64,000 nucleotides of DNA from Polyangiales bacterium (GCA_038230375.1 JBBRNJ010000045.1:1-64000); one strand, 5' to 3'; positions 32,302 to 43,069 are shown, counted from the stretch's first letter. Notes: generated by a model from the sequence alone, not told the origin. Made by a program: numbers and translations.

Positions 32302-33342
32302 TCACTTCTCGACGCGGACGACCTCGGAGTCGGCCAGGACGTAGATCGCTGCATCGTCCGCGGCGAGCGCATGCGGCGACGCGACGGCCTTCGCGACCTC
32401 GGCGATGGGCGCCTGTGTCTTGCCGTCGTGGCTCGAGTGCCAGAGGTTTGCGCCGGTGACCGAGAGCCAGAACACGTTGGAGGAGTCCGCGAGCACGCCG
32501 AACGGGCTGGGCTGCGCCTTCGCGATCTGCGAGGTCGCGCCGCCCGTCACGTTCGTTGCAAGCACGTCGCCCGCGTGGTTCGAGAGGTAGGCCACGTCGT
32601 TGATCACGGACAGGCCGGAGAGGCCAACGCCCGTGTGAGCTACGGTCTCCGTGGTCTGGTCCGCGGTGTGGATGCGCAAGAGACCGCCCGTCTTGCCGGA
32701 CTCGTACGCGACGTAGAGCGAGTCGCCCGCGACGGTCATCGCGCGGATGCTGGAGCCGGGCGTCCCGAGCAGCGTGGGTGCATGGCCCATGTAGTCGATG
32801 GCGAGAACGCTGCCCTTCGCATGCGCGAAGTAGATGTGCGTCGTGTCGGTCGCGATGGAGACGATCTCCGGCGCGCCGTTCATGACCTCGGTCTCCGCGC
32901 CGCCGAACATCGGCACGCGCACGATGCGTCCGTCGCTGGTGCCCACGACCACGTCGCCGTTCGCGTCCAGCGCGAGGTCCGTGTAAGAGGCGCCGCGATG
33001 GTCCGCCGCGAGCAGCAGCGCTGGCCCTCCGGCCTTCGCGAGCATGTAGAGCCCGCCGTTCTGCGTGAGCACCCCGCCCATCATCGTGGCCTTCGTGGTG
33101 ACGTACAGGTTCGGTCCGACGGCCATGATCGCAGTCGCCTGCGTGAAGCCTTTGCCTACGACCTGCGACGGATGCATGACGACCGGGCCTCCGCCACCGC
33201 CGTTGCCACCACCCGCGGACGCAGAAGGCTGCGATGAGCCCGGGTCTTGCGTGATGGTGGTTCCATCAGCGCCGCCGTCAGCCGACTTTCCCCCGCACGC
33301 GACCAACGCCGCGCACGCACCCAAGACGAGAGCAGTTCGCAT
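32302..33342 (-). CDS. Beta-propeller lipoprotein
   Basis: Lipobox LVAC; repeated blades (IATDTTHIYF, LADSSNVFW, AADDAAIYV). Confidence 0.7.
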   Translation of the reverse strand: MRTALVLGACAALVACGGKSADGGADGTTITQDPGSSQPSASAGGGNGGGGGPVVMHPSQVVGKGFTQATAIMAVGPNLYVTTKATMMGGVLTQNGGLYMLAKAGGPALLLAADHRGASYTDLALDANGDVVVGTSDGRIVRVPMFGGAETEVMNGAPEIVSIATDTTHIYFAHAKGSVLAIDYMGHAPTLLGTPGSSIRAMTVAGDSLYVAYESGKTGGLLRIHTADQTTETVAHTGVGLSGLSVINDVAYLSNHAGDVLATNVTGGATSQIAKAQPSPFGVLADSSNVFWLSVTGANLWHSSHDGKTQAPIAEVAKAVASPHALAADDAAIYVLADSEVVRVEK

Positions 33343-33383
33343 ACTCTTTCCGGTATAGAATCCCGGCACGCGCGGCCAAGTTT

Positions 33384-34787
33384 TCAGCCAAGCGCGCGAT
33401 GGAGCTCGGCTGCAAGTGCGAGCAAGGCGTGGTCACCCGAGGGCTTTCCAACGAGCTGCACGCCGATGGGGACGCCGCACGACGAGCGCCCAGCTGGCAA
33501 CGACACGGCCGGCTGCCCGGTGACGTTGAACGGAGCCGTGAACGCGCCGATGGGGATGACCGCGCGCAGGGTCTCTTCGCCGCTCATGCCTTCGTACGCG
33601 CCGACCTTCGGTGCAAGACCGGCGACCGTCGGCGTGAGCCACGCATCGGCGCCTTCGAACTGGGCGAGCACCCGCGCCGACAGCATGCTGTGCCTCTCCT
33701 TCACGTCGGCGTTGCTGTGCTTCTTGCCCTCGGCCCGCATCCATCTGGTGACGGGCTGCAGATAGGGATCGGAGAACGGGAGCAGTGGTGCGTTCGCGGA
33801 GATGCGCTGCATGATCGGCAGGAACGTCTCCACGTCCGCGTCCAGCTCGGGCGCCTCGGATACGTCGTGGCCCATCTGCGAGAGGAGTTTGGCCGCGCGC
33901 TTCACGGCGTCTGCGATCTGCGGATCGACGGTCGCGAGCCTGGAGGTCATGCACACCTTGATGCGCAGACCGCGCGCTGACGTCTCGCCCGCCGCTTCGA
34001 GGTACGAGCCGGGCTTCGGTGTTTCATGATGGAACGGATCGCCCGCAATGACGTCGAGCATGAGCGCCGCGTCCTCGACCGTCTTCGCGATGGGACCCGT
34101 GGTGGAGAGCCCCGACACGTCCACCTTTGCGTACGGATGTGGCATGGCGCCGCGCGAGGCCTTGAAGCCGACGAGCCCGCAGAACGCTGCAGGGATGCGG
34201 ATGGAGCCCGCGCCGTCCGACCCGGGCGCGATGGGCAGCATGCCGCTCGCCACGGCGGCACTGGAGCCACCGCTGGACCCACCGGAGTAACGCGACAGAT
34301 CGTGCGGGTTGCGCGTGGGCGGGTGGAGGTCCGTGTGCACGAACGGAAGGATCGTCATCTCGCTCGTGGCGAGCTTTCCAAGGAACACGACGCCCGCGTC
34401 CCTGCACGCGCGCGCGAGCATCCCGTCGAACGGAGACATGACGTACCGAAGCGAGCGCGACCCCACGCGCAGGAAGGACATACGCAGGGGCGAGTCGTCC
34501 TTGAGGCCCGTGGGCACGCCGTAGAAAGCGGGGAATGGGCTATCGCGACCCATGCCGCGCGCGAGCGCCTTGTCCATCAACCGAGCACGCCTGCGCGCGC
34601 GCCAGTCGTGCACCTCCACGAACGCGAGGAGCGTGGGGTTCTCGCGCCGTACCACGTCCAGAAAGTGCGTGACGATCTCGGTCACGGACATGTGCTTCTC
34701 GCGCACCTGACGCGCAAGATCGCGCGCGCTCATCCCTTCGAGTTCGTGCTTGCCGTGCTCGCTGCGCTTGTCGTCATCGTCGCCCAT
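33384..34787 (-). CDS. Amidase-signature family enzyme
   Basis: GVPTGLKD, GGSSGGS, GSDGAGSIRIPA, GVPIGVQLVG. Confidence 0.93.
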   Translation of the reverse strand: MGDDDDKRSEHGKHELEGMSARDLARQVREKHMSVTEIVTHFLDVVRRENPTLLAFVEVHDWRARRRARLMDKALARGMGRDSPFPAFYGVPTGLKDDSPLRMSFLRVGSRSLRYVMSPFDGMLARACRDAGVVFLGKLATSEMTILPFVHTDLHPPTRNPHDLSRYSGGSSGGSSAAVASGMLPIAPGSDGAGSIRIPAAFCGLVGFKASRGAMPHPYAKVDVSGLSTTGPIAKTVEDAALMLDVIAGDPFHHETPKPGSYLEAAGETSARGLRIKVCMTSRLATVDPQIADAVKRAAKLLSQMGHDVSEAPELDADVETFLPIMQRISANAPLLPFSDPYLQPVTRWMRAEGKKHSNADVKERHSMLSARVLAQFEGADAWLTPTVAGLAPKVGAYEGMSGEETLRAVIPIGAFTAPFNVTGQPAVSLPAGRSSCGVPIGVQLVGKPSGDHALLALAAELHRALG

Positions 34788-34800
34788 GCCGACGTAGATG

Positions 34801-36627
34801 CTACGGCTTCACTTGCGCCTGCGGCACGAAGATTCGTGCCTTCTGCGGGTCCACGGTGACCGCGAGCGTGCCGCCTGTACCTACGGTGAGCTGCACGGGG
34901 TTTGGATCGAGCACGTCGACGAGGACGGTTCCCGCAGGCTGCGAGACCGTCATGGTCTTCATTCCGTCCTGGGTGTTTCCCCGGTTCTTCGCGTTCGTGT
35001 TGAGGACCACCAGCGCATATCCGCCCGCGCTGACGTCACCGCCTGCGCGCTCGAACGCGAACATCCCAGCGTCGCTCTCCGCGCCTGTGTGCGCGCTGGA
35101 CCAGACCACCTTCGTGTCCGCGCGGCGCAGCGCCTCGTACTTCTTGCGAAGCGCCGTCAGCTTGGCGACGTGGCGGAATGTGTCACCGCTGGTGTCAAAG
35201 CCGGACGTCCAGAGGATCTCGCGGTTCGCAGGATCGTTGCCGCCCGAGAAGTCCTGCTCCGTGCCGTAGTAGATGCACGGGATGCCATCTTCGGTGACGA
35301 GCAGCGTGAGCGCGTTGCGGAGCGCGTCCTTGTCGCCCGCCGCATCCGAGAGGAAGCGCGCGACGTCGTGGTTGTCCAGGAAGTTCACGAGCAGCTTGTA
35401 CGGCGCCACGCCCGCGCCGTCCGTCTGCGGCACCGTCCCGTAGTGCGTCTTCTTCTGTGCCCAGAGCTGCGTGATCTGATCGGTGCCCTTCTGCGACTTC
35501 GGATCGTGCGCGTTCACGAAGATGTCGCGGTACACCGCGTAGTGCTGCGAGAAGTAGAACACGCTGTCGAGCTCGCCCGGCACCGTGTAGCTGCCAAGGA
35601 GCTGGTCGTTGCCGTCGAACGACTCGCCGAACATCAGAAAGCGGTTCTTGCCCTGCTTCGCCAGCCGCGCGCGCACAGCCGCGGTGAAGACCTGCCAGAA
35701 CTCGTGCTCCACGTGCTTCACCGTGTCGATGCGGAAGCCGTCCAGGTCCGCGAGCTCCACCCAGCGCGTGTACGAATCGACCATGGTGGCGCGCACGTCC
35801 GGCAGCTCCGTTGCGACGTCCTTCAGGCCGCCGGGGAAATCGCCGAGCGTTCGCTGCGCGGGGTCGTCGTAGTTCAAGATGCGGCCGAAGCCGTGGTACG
35901 CGGCCGCGGTGCCCAGGATGCCGGGCTGTGGAGGCACGCGATTGATGCTCGCGTCCTGGATGAAGACGATCGGCGCGCGGCCTGCATTTCCAGCTGCAGA
36001 GAACGCCTGCACGCCGCGCGGATCCCAGTCGGGATCGTACTCGCTGATGTGCTGGACGGGCGACGATGTGCCCGTGCCGAAGACGTTCGTGTCCGGCACG
36101 CCGTTCAGGTTCATGTCGTAGAAGAACGCCTGCCCCATGTGGTTGGTGACGATGTCGAGCACCACCTTCATGTTGCGCTTGTGCGCCGCGGCAGTGAGCT
36201 CGCGCAGGTCCGCGAGGTCGCCGAAATGCGGGTTCGTCTGCGTGAGGTCCTGCGCCCAGTAGCCGTGGTACGCGTCCACGTTTGCGTCGGTCTCCACGTT
36301 CTTCACGACCGGCGAGATCCAGAGCGTGGTGACGCCAAGGCTCTGCACGTAGTCCAGGTTTTGCGCGAGGCCGCGCCAGTCGCCGCCCTGGTAGCGCGCG
36401 AGCGCGCCGGGCTGCACCTTGTAGTCGTTGTTCGCGTCACCGTTGGCGTAGCGATCCACGAGCACCTGGTAGATGACCTCGTCGCGCCAGTCCTCGACGT
36501 GGGTCGCGAGCGCGGGCTGCTTGCCTTCATCGGGAACGCTGACGCAGCCGGAGCCCGGCGCCATGAGCGCGGTCGCGAAGAGGGCGCCGAAGACGGAGCG
36601 AGACAGGAAGGGGTTGGTATTTCTCAT
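34801..36627 (-). CDS. GH13 alpha-amylase family lipoprotein
   Basis: IYQVLVDRY, YHGYW, DIVTNH, DGFRIDTVKHV, GE, FLDNHD; lipobox GSGC. Confidence 0.92.
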   Translation of the reverse strand: MRNTNPFLSRSVFGALFATALMAPGSGCVSVPDEGKQPALATHVEDWRDEVIYQVLVDRYANGDANNDYKVQPGALARYQGGDWRGLAQNLDYVQSLGVTTLWISPVVKNVETDANVDAYHGYWAQDLTQTNPHFGDLADLRELTAAAHKRNMKVVLDIVTNHMGQAFFYDMNLNGVPDTNVFGTGTSSPVQHISEYDPDWDPRGVQAFSAAGNAGRAPIVFIQDASINRVPPQPGILGTAAAYHGFGRILNYDDPAQRTLGDFPGGLKDVATELPDVRATMVDSYTRWVELADLDGFRIDTVKHVEHEFWQVFTAAVRARLAKQGKNRFLMFGESFDGNDQLLGSYTVPGELDSVFYFSQHYAVYRDIFVNAHDPKSQKGTDQITQLWAQKKTHYGTVPQTDGAGVAPYKLLVNFLDNHDVARFLSDAAGDKDALRNALTLLVTEDGIPCIYYGTEQDFSGGNDPANREILWTSGFDTSGDTFRHVAKLTALRKKYEALRRADTKVVWSSAHTGAESDAGMFAFERAGGDVSAGGYALVVLNTNAKNRGNTQDGMKTMTVSQPAGTVLVDVLDPNPVQLTVGTGGTLAVTVDPQKARIFVPQAQVKP

Positions 36628-36634
36628 GGGGGGC

Positions 36635-38194
36635 TCACGGGTACGAGCTCGAGTTGAACCACCACTCGGCGCCGATGCCGGCGAAGTGTTCGATCTTGCG
36701 CTGCGCAAACACGTCCTCCGCGGCGTAGAGCGCGCGCGCGCCGGAGTCGCGGAAGGTGGCCGCGTAGATGGCATAGATCTGCGGACGCTTGAAGCTGCCG
36801 CGCCCCCACGGTGAGAAGTACGGCATGAGCGCGGCGCGCACCACCGATGCCGAGAGCGCGCCGCTGCCGTTCGGGTCGATGATGGCGGTGCGACGCGCCT
36901 GGTAGCTCGCGTCGAGCGCGACGCCGAAGTGATCCGTGATGTAGGCCTGCGGCCGAAGAACGATGGCGCCTTCGTCGTACTTCTGCGTGCCGGTCTGGTT
37001 GGCCGAGGCATCACGAAACGCCCTGAAATAAGCCCCGCCGACGAGCCCGAAGGCCCCGCGCTCATAGTTGCCACCCAGCGCCACGAGTGACTCGCTCGCG
37101 TCGCCCACGGACCTGTCTCCGGCGAACGTGAGCGGCACGCTCAGCGGATCGTACGCAGCGATGCCGCGCGCATGCTTCAGGAACAGTGCGACGTAGGTGT
37201 CGCGCTCGCCCGTGAAGTACGCGAGCTCGCTCCCGATGAGATAGCCCGTCTCCGAAGGCAGCGGCTGCTCGACGTGCGTGTTCGTGTCTGTGTACACGCC
37301 AGCCGAGAGCTCCTGTGCCTCTCCGTACAGGATCACCTTGAAGCCGCTCTTGTCCTTGCCGCTCTTCACCAGCTCCCTGAGCTTCAGGGTCTCCACCATG
37401 CGCGGGCGATCGAGCTTCGCGATGTCCGTGGTGCCGAAGCCGAACGGCGCGACGACGGAGAGCTTCTGGTACTGGTACGTGTCGTCCAGGCGGTTCATGC
37501 CGAAGTGCGCCTGCACCTTGGTCTCGTAGCTGGTGCCGTTCTCCGCCTTGGTCTCGTAGACCTTCGCGCCCACGCCGCCGCCCACGGTGTTCTGGTTGTC
37601 GAGCGGCCAGTAGTCGAGGACGTAGATGTCGTCGCCGCGGTACATGCGCGCACCGGCCCAGATGGTGACGTCCTTGTAGCGCGCCTGCGCGTACAGGTTG
37701 CGCACGCCAATGTTGTCGGACGGGTTGCCCGTGAAGTGGAAGAACGGACCGAACAGCGCCATGGTCGCGACGACCTTGCTGTCCACGTCGGCCGTGATCT
37801 TGTCCTCGCGGCGCAGCTCGAGCTCCGCGTAGTCCGACTCGTCAAAGCGCGCGCCGTGCGAGACGATGTTCGAGGGGCGACCGGTGCCGCCGCGCAGATC
37901 GCTCGCGACGCGCACGCGGCCGTACGAGCCAAACTCGAACTTGCCTTGCGGGTAGGGTGACGCCTCGGTGGGAGCAGCCGTGCCGGGCGGCACGATGACG
38001 GTCGGCAGCGTCTCTGGCGGCTTCTCCGCAGGCGGCTCCGGCTCGGCCGTGGCTGCTGGTCCTGGTAGGTTCGGCGAGTGCACGACCACGGGGTTCTGAG
38101 CGTGCGCGACACCCCCGATCATCGCGAGGGCCGACATGGACACGAGGGTCGCGAGCAGTCGCCTCGCCCGGCGATGCGAGACGAGCGATTTCAT
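36635..38194 (-). CDS. LamB/maltoporin-like carbohydrate porin
   Basis: FGSYGR, YAELEL, NLYAQA, IWAGARMYRGDDIYVLDYW, RPQI, GAEWWF; start uncertain. Confidence 0.8.
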   Translation of the reverse strand: MKSLVSHRRARRLLATLVSMSALAMIGGVAHAQNPVVVHSPNLPGPAATAEPEPPAEKPPETLPTVIVPPGTAAPTEASPYPQGKFEFGSYGRVRVASDLRGGTGRPSNIVSHGARFDESDYAELELRREDKITADVDSKVVATMALFGPFFHFTGNPSDNIGVRNLYAQARYKDVTIWAGARMYRGDDIYVLDYWPLDNQNTVGGGVGAKVYETKAENGTSYETKVQAHFGMNRLDDTYQYQKLSVVAPFGFGTTDIAKLDRPRMVETLKLRELVKSGKDKSGFKVILYGEAQELSAGVYTDTNTHVEQPLPSETGYLIGSELAYFTGERDTYVALFLKHARGIAAYDPLSVPLTFAGDRSVGDASESLVALGGNYERGAFGLVGGAYFRAFRDASANQTGTQKYDEGAIVLRPQAYITDHFGVALDASYQARRTAIIDPNGSGALSASVVRAALMPYFSPWGRGSFKRPQIYAIYAATFRDSGARALYAAEDVFAQRKIEHFAGIGAEWWFNSSSYP

Positions 38195-38322
38195 TCGCTT
38201 GCATGCGGACTGCAAGGAGGGCGACAACGTGGCGTGCGTCACTTCCGTCTCCACTGGGCGCGCAATCCGACCATCGCGCGGAGGATTCGTCTAGCAGGAT
38301 TCATGGGCCTCGCCATGAAAAA

Positions 38323-38342
38323 GTAACTCAGCCATGAGTTAC
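38323..38342. promoter_or_regulatory. Palindromic operator candidate GTAACTCA-N4-TGAGTTAC (copy 1)
   Basis: Perfect inverted repeat upstream of the porin-amylase operon; near-identical copy at 59858-59877. Confidence 0.75.
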
Positions 38343-38418
38343 GCCAGAATGGCCCTGAAATACCGAGGGAGGCGCTCGAATCGAGCCTTTGTGTACGGGC
38401 CGGAGTAGCATCGAGGAC

Positions 38419-39213
38419 GTGCAGCGGGTCCGTTCGAGTGCCTGGTTCTGGAGCGTGTGGCTTGCGGTGTCGTTCGCCGGCGCGTGTAGTCCGCCGCCAG
38501 CGCATCGGCAGCTGGACATGGTGCCCATCGGGACATTCACGCCGCCGGAGGGCACGTCCACCACGTCGCCCACGACGGACACGGACAACACCACGACGCC
38601 CGCGGGCACCGATTCCGTGGTGCCGTCGGAGAAGAGCGCGGACTGCACGTCTGCCCGCTTCGACAATCTGTACCTGGTGCTGACCAACCCTGCGTGCCAG
38701 GTGGACACGCGCGGCGACAAGCCGGCGGACGTGAAGGCCGACCTGGAGGTCAGCGTTGCCGCCAAGACTCCGGAGATCGTTCCGGGAGGACGCGTGGACC
38801 TCGTCATCTCGTACAAGAACAAGAGCCAGAGGCCGCTGCAGCTGCACTTCCTGCTCGATCCGGCGCCGCGCTTCGACGTGGACGCGCTCGACGGTAAGGG
38901 ACGCCTCGTGGGCGTACCCAAGGGCAAGGTCCCGAAGGCCGCAAAGCCATCGCAGAAGAACACCGCGCGCATCACGCTGCTCCCGGGCGGCGTCGCGAAG
39001 ATGAAGGTCGGCTGGACCGCGTCGAACACGCGCTGGGCGACCGAGCAGGTGAAGGGAGGCGAGGTCCCCGAGGGCGGCTACCCGAAGGCGCCGACCACGC
39101 CACTGGCGACCGGCAGCTACACGCTGCGGCTGGTGACCCCGCTCACGCTCGTGGTCGAGGGCGCAGACCGCGACCTCTCCGCACCCAGGGTCGCCATGGA
39201 CGTGAAGGAATAG
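38419..39213 (+). CDS. Hypothetical lipoprotein with Ig-like domain
   Basis: Lipobox-like FAGAC; GSYTLRL beta-sandwich ending. Confidence 0.6.
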   Translation: MQRVRSSAWFWSVWLAVSFAGACSPPPAHRQLDMVPIGTFTPPEGTSTTSPTTDTDNTTTPAGTDSVVPSEKSADCTSARFDNLYLVLTNPACQVDTRGDKPADVKADLEVSVAAKTPEIVPGGRVDLVISYKNKSQRPLQLHFLLDPAPRFDVDALDGKGRLVGVPKGKVPKAAKPSQKNTARITLLPGGVAKMKVGWTASNTRWATEQVKGGEVPEGGYPKAPTTPLATGSYTLRLVTPLTLVVEGADRDLSAPRVAMDVKE

Positions 39214-39216
39214 CGG

Positions 39217-40425
39217 TTACCGCAGGACCGCGAACACGATCGCGCCGAGCACGAGCAGTACGAACACGATGCCCACGGCGATGATCGCGCCGACAGGTGT
39301 GCGCGACGGCGCCCTGGCTGCTCCGATCGGCACGTGCATCGAGTTTGGCGCTGCTGCGATCGGGAGGTGATTCGGATTGCCGCTCGCGGGCTCCGGATCG
39401 CCGAGCAGCGCGACGTGGACCGGCTGACCCGTCTGACCTGCAGCCTGACCTGCACCCTGACCTGCACCCTGACCTGCAGCGGCCCGATCCGACATGGGCG
39501 ACGCTCCCGCGTCCTCGACGGCAGGACCGGGCGCGCCTTCGACGGGCGGGTTGCGAACGGAGAAGATCTCGTCGTCGACGCGAGAGACCCGCACGTTTGG
39601 ATCGGGCGCAGCTGCGAGCAGCTTCGCGGCGGAGGCACGCTCCTCGGGCACACCCGTGGGCGCAGCCACCAGCCCGAGCACCGCGCCGACCGCGCTAGAG
39701 GCAGGCGCGAAATCCGCCCGCGGCGTCTGGACGCGCAACGAGACGGGAGCGAAGTCCGCACGAGGTGTCGCGGGACGAGACACGGGCGCGGGTGGAGCCG
39801 ATACGACCGGCGCGACCTGCGCGACCTGCCCGGCCTGCGCGACCTGCCCGGCCCGCGCGGCTTCCATATGCCGTTGCGACTGAGAAGCAGGCGCGAAATC
39901 CGCGCGAGGCGTGATGGGCCGTGAGGGCGCCGCGTGCGGCACGGCAGGTCCAGATGCCGGGGCATCGAGGCTTGCGCCAGAGTCCGCTGCCTCCGCGAGC
40001 GCCGCGCTCATGGCCTGCGGCGTGAAGCCCGCGGGTGAGGTTGGCGCGATGACGGGCGCGGGAGGTGGACGTTGCGGAGGTGTGGGCGGCGGCTTGGCCG
40101 CCTCATCCGGGATGATCCAGTCGTCGTCGTCGAGCAGGCCGCTGCTGGAGAGAGCCTCGGGCACGACGGCCGTCTTCGCGGTCGTGGCCTCGGGCATGCT
40201 GAAGTCCGTCACCGGTATGGCTGGTGGCGTCTTGATGAGGACCTTCGGCGGAACAGGTTCTGCGAGCTTCGGCTCGTTGGTCGCCCGTGCCTCGGCGCTC
40301 CTAGCGATGAGATCCAGGATCTCCTTGGGAGCTTGGCCCACCACGGTCGAGGCGCTGTAGACGTCTTCCACCTGCCCCGGGGGCGGTGCAAGCGTTGGCG
40401 TCTCCTTCTTCTTTTCTTCTTCCAT
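39217..40425 (-). CDS. Pro/Ala-rich low-complexity protein with C-terminal TM
   Basis: DVYSASTVVG N-motif, TPRADFAP x3, AGQ repeats, hydrophobic C-terminus. Confidence 0.65.
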   Translation of the reverse strand: MEEEKKKETPTLAPPPGQVEDVYSASTVVGQAPKEILDLIARSAEARATNEPKLAEPVPPKVLIKTPPAIPVTDFSMPEATTAKTAVVPEALSSSGLLDDDDWIIPDEAAKPPPTPPQRPPPAPVIAPTSPAGFTPQAMSAALAEAADSGASLDAPASGPAVPHAAPSRPITPRADFAPASQSQRHMEAARAGQVAQAGQVAQVAPVVSAPPAPVSRPATPRADFAPVSLRVQTPRADFAPASSAVGAVLGLVAAPTGVPEERASAAKLLAAAPDPNVRVSRVDDEIFSVRNPPVEGAPGPAVEDAGASPMSDRAAAGQGAGQGAGQAAGQTGQPVHVALLGDPEPASGNPNHLPIAAAPNSMHVPIGAARAPSRTPVGAIIAVGIVFVLLVLGAIVFAVLR

Positions 40426-40497
40426 GGTCTCGGGGATGGGGAACCCCTATTCCACCTTGCAACAGGCCGAGTTGCAAGAAGTAGCCGAGCTGGGAAG

Positions 40498-42150
40498 CTA
40501 GTTACCGGGCTCGCAGTAGCCGTAGTTGCAGGTCGGCTTCGCCGGATCCTTGCAGTCACCCGACCCGTTGCAGGTCGAGCAAGTGCTGCTGCCGTTGACC
40601 GTGAAGTCGTAGAAACAGCCGCAGCTGTAGGCGGGCTCCTCCCTGCGGAGGGGGCCCATTTCGACATCTCGTTTCACGTCCATCGCGCACGCCGGGATGT
40701 TACCCGAGAGCGCGATCGCCTTCACAAGGCCCTGGTCGAGCTTGGGCGCCCCGAAGCGGAGCACGAACGCACCTGCGGCCGCCGAGGGAGCTCCGCCGCT
40801 GAGCGCCGTGTAGAAGTGGAGCGGGCCCCACAGCGGATAGTGACCGTCGCGGACGTTCCGCTTGTCCTTCGCGAACTTCGTGGAGTCCGGCCAGAAGGCG
40901 CACTGCTGCCCGAAGGACTGGAAGGCCAGCTCGCGCAGGTTGCCGCGGTTCTGGTCTGCGAGGTCGGCGGAGAGCGTGCCGATCGTCTTGTTGATGGCGC
41001 CGGCCGGGACGGACTGGAGCTGCGCCGCCATGACGCTCGCCGACGACTTCTGCGTGCCCCACCACCACGCGGGGGTCAGGTTGGCCCCGCGCGACAGGAT
41101 CTGGTTCGTGCCGGTGCTGTCGGCGCGGTTGAACATGTACGTGGGGTCATTCCACGGGATCGCGCCTGCGTCGCCGACACCGCCAAGCCCGTAGACCATG
41201 TGCGCACCTTCCGCGCTGATGGCCTGCTGCGTGCCGCCCTGCGGGACGAGGAACGTCATGGCCTGGATGGGGCCGAGGTACTCGCCCGTGCCGTTTGTCA
41301 CGGGGTCGGGCATGTACTTGAGCTTCGTCGCGCACGAGGACGAGAAGATGTCCGACTCGCCGACGTCGACGGGGACGGACGCGTACGGAACGGGGACGCC
41401 GCCGGTGATCGGGTTGTTCGTGGAGTCGCCGAGCCAGCACGGAATCGCGTTGCCGGTCCCGTCGTAGAAGAAGGTCTGCTTGCCGGGAGCATCCTTGATG
41501 ACGTGCTTCAACGGGTCGACGTTGAACTGGGAGTCGACGCCGGTGCAGGAGTTCGAGGCCTGCCACACGATCGTGTACGGCGGGTTGTTGGTCGCCAGGA
41601 CGGGCGCGACGGAGGCGAGGAACCCGGGCAGGTTCGTGGAGCCGGTCACGTACACGACGTTCGGACGGAGCACCGGATCGACGCAGTAATCGATGGCGGG
41701 GTTCGGCCCCGCATCGGTGGCCGGGGCTGCCGCTGCATCCGGGAAGACGCCGTCGGGGAGGCCCGCGTCGTTGCACAGGCCCAGCATCGCGCAGTTGTCG
41801 TAGACGAAGCAGTCCGCGTTGGTGCAGGCGTTGAGTAGCTGTTCCGGTGTGGTGGGCTTGCCGGGAAAGCAGCCGTCGAAGCCCTGCGTGATGCCGCCGC
41901 CGTCCTTGCTGCCCCCGCCGTCGACGGTGCTCCCGTCGCCAGGAAGCGCGCCGTCCGCCCCGGCCTCGCCCGCCGAGTTGTCGACGCAGACCTTGGACTC
42001 GCAGACGGCCGTGGCCGAGAACTTCTTGCAGTCGCCATCCGAGCTGCACTGGTCGGCGCTGGTGTTGAGGAGGACCGAGCACGCGGCCGCGGGAATGAGG
42101 AGAAGACCAAGGACGAGCGCGCGTCCCCTGCGGGTCCAGAAAGGGCTCAT
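40498..42150 (-). CDS. Cys-rich lipoprotein with PstS-like periplasmic-binding domain
   Basis: Lipobox AAAC; GST, RADSTGT, VRDGHYPLWGPLHFY. Confidence 0.6.
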   Translation of the reverse strand: MSPFWTRRGRALVLGLLLIPAAACSVLLNTSADQCSSDGDCKKFSATAVCESKVCVDNSAGEAGADGALPGDGSTVDGGGSKDGGGITQGFDGCFPGKPTTPEQLLNACTNADCFVYDNCAMLGLCNDAGLPDGVFPDAAAAPATDAGPNPAIDYCVDPVLRPNVVYVTGSTNLPGFLASVAPVLATNNPPYTIVWQASNSCTGVDSQFNVDPLKHVIKDAPGKQTFFYDGTGNAIPCWLGDSTNNPITGGVPVPYASVPVDVGESDIFSSSCATKLKYMPDPVTNGTGEYLGPIQAMTFLVPQGGTQQAISAEGAHMVYGLGGVGDAGAIPWNDPTYMFNRADSTGTNQILSRGANLTPAWWWGTQKSSASVMAAQLQSVPAGAINKTIGTLSADLADQNRGNLRELAFQSFGQQCAFWPDSTKFAKDKRNVRDGHYPLWGPLHFYTALSGGAPSAAAGAFVLRFGAPKLDQGLVKAIALSGNIPACAMDVKRDVEMGPLRREEPAYSCGCFYDFTVNGSSTCSTCNGSGDCKDPAKPTCNYGYCEPGN

Positions 42151-42151
42151 G

Positions 42152-43069
42152 TCAGAAGCTCCCATGAAGGACGGCGCCGTTGGGAGCCACGCTGAGCCCC
42201 ACGGAGTCCGACTTCGGCGAAGAGAAGAAGGTGAAGTATACGGCCGCGCCTCCAGCGAGGATCGCGACGCCGCCCAGGATGTCTGTCGTGAGCGCGAACG
42301 TGTTCATGCGACTGTGTAGATCGTCGAGGCGGCCGCGGTTGGTCAGCTTGCCCTCTTCGTCCTTCAAGCTGCTCTGCGCGTTGAGCGCGACGATGCCGGT
42401 GACGACCGCCGCCGCGGTGAACACGCCGGTCGCCGACCATGCGATGATCGGCACCAGGTTGGACTTCTTCTCCGCCGGTTGCGGCGGGGGCGGCGGGTTC
42501 GCGTTGCCGCTGTTGCCCGTCGCGAGCTCGAAGATGAAGCTCACTTCGCGGTTGTCACCGACCGCGACCTCCACGTTGCGCGTCTGCGGCGGCGCGCCCT
42601 TCTTGATGACCGTGATCTTGCGCGAGCCGACACTGACCAGCGTCTTGTCGAGCGGCGCGTTGCCGACGAGCTCGTCGTCGATGAGGATCTCCGCGCCCGG
42701 CTCGTTCGTCACGATGCGAAGGTGACCAACGCGCGTCTTGAGCGTCTCGATGGCCGTCATCACTTCCTGGTAGTGGCTGCCGCTCGGCCCGGCCTCGAGC
42801 TTGTATCGCTCGAAGTTGCCGAGCGCCGCGGCATAGTTCCGCAGCTGGAACTGCGTCTGACCGACGTTGTAGAGCACCGCTGGGTTGGGCGCGATCTCGT
42901 ACGCCTTCTTGAACTCCGCGAGCGCGGCGCGATAGTCCGCCTCGTTGTAGAGCGACACGCCGTGCGTGAAATGCTTTCCAGCTTCCTTGTCATCCGCGGC
43001 GTGGGCAGTTCCACAGAGGGATACCAGCGCCACGAGAGGAAGCGCCCTGAGCGATCGTTTGAGGTTCAT
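42152..43069 (-). CDS. Secreted TPR + PEGA domain protein
   Basis: Signal ending AHA; ALAEFKKAYEIAPNPAVLYNVG; PGAEILIDD; TAATG coupling to the kinase gene. Confidence 0.85.
   Translation of the reverse strand: MNLKRSLRALPLVALVSLCGTAHAADDKEAGKHFTHGVSLYNEADYRAALAEFKKAYEIAPNPAVLYNVGQTQFQLRNYAAALGNFERYKLEAGPSGSHYQEVMTAIETLKTRVGHLRIVTNEPGAEILIDDELVGNAPLDKTLVSVGSRKITVIKKGAPPQTRNVEVAVGDNREVSFIFELATGNSGNANPPPPPQPAEKKSNLVPIIAWSATGVFTAAAVVTGIVALNAQSSLKDEEGKLTNRGRLDDLHSRMNTFALTTDILGGVAILAGGAAVYFTFFSSPKSDSVGLSVAPNGAVLHGSF

Noticed and set aside
39880..39908. Third CTGAGAAG box
   Set aside because: Intragenic, and the downstream box reads GCGCGAG rather than GCGTCAG
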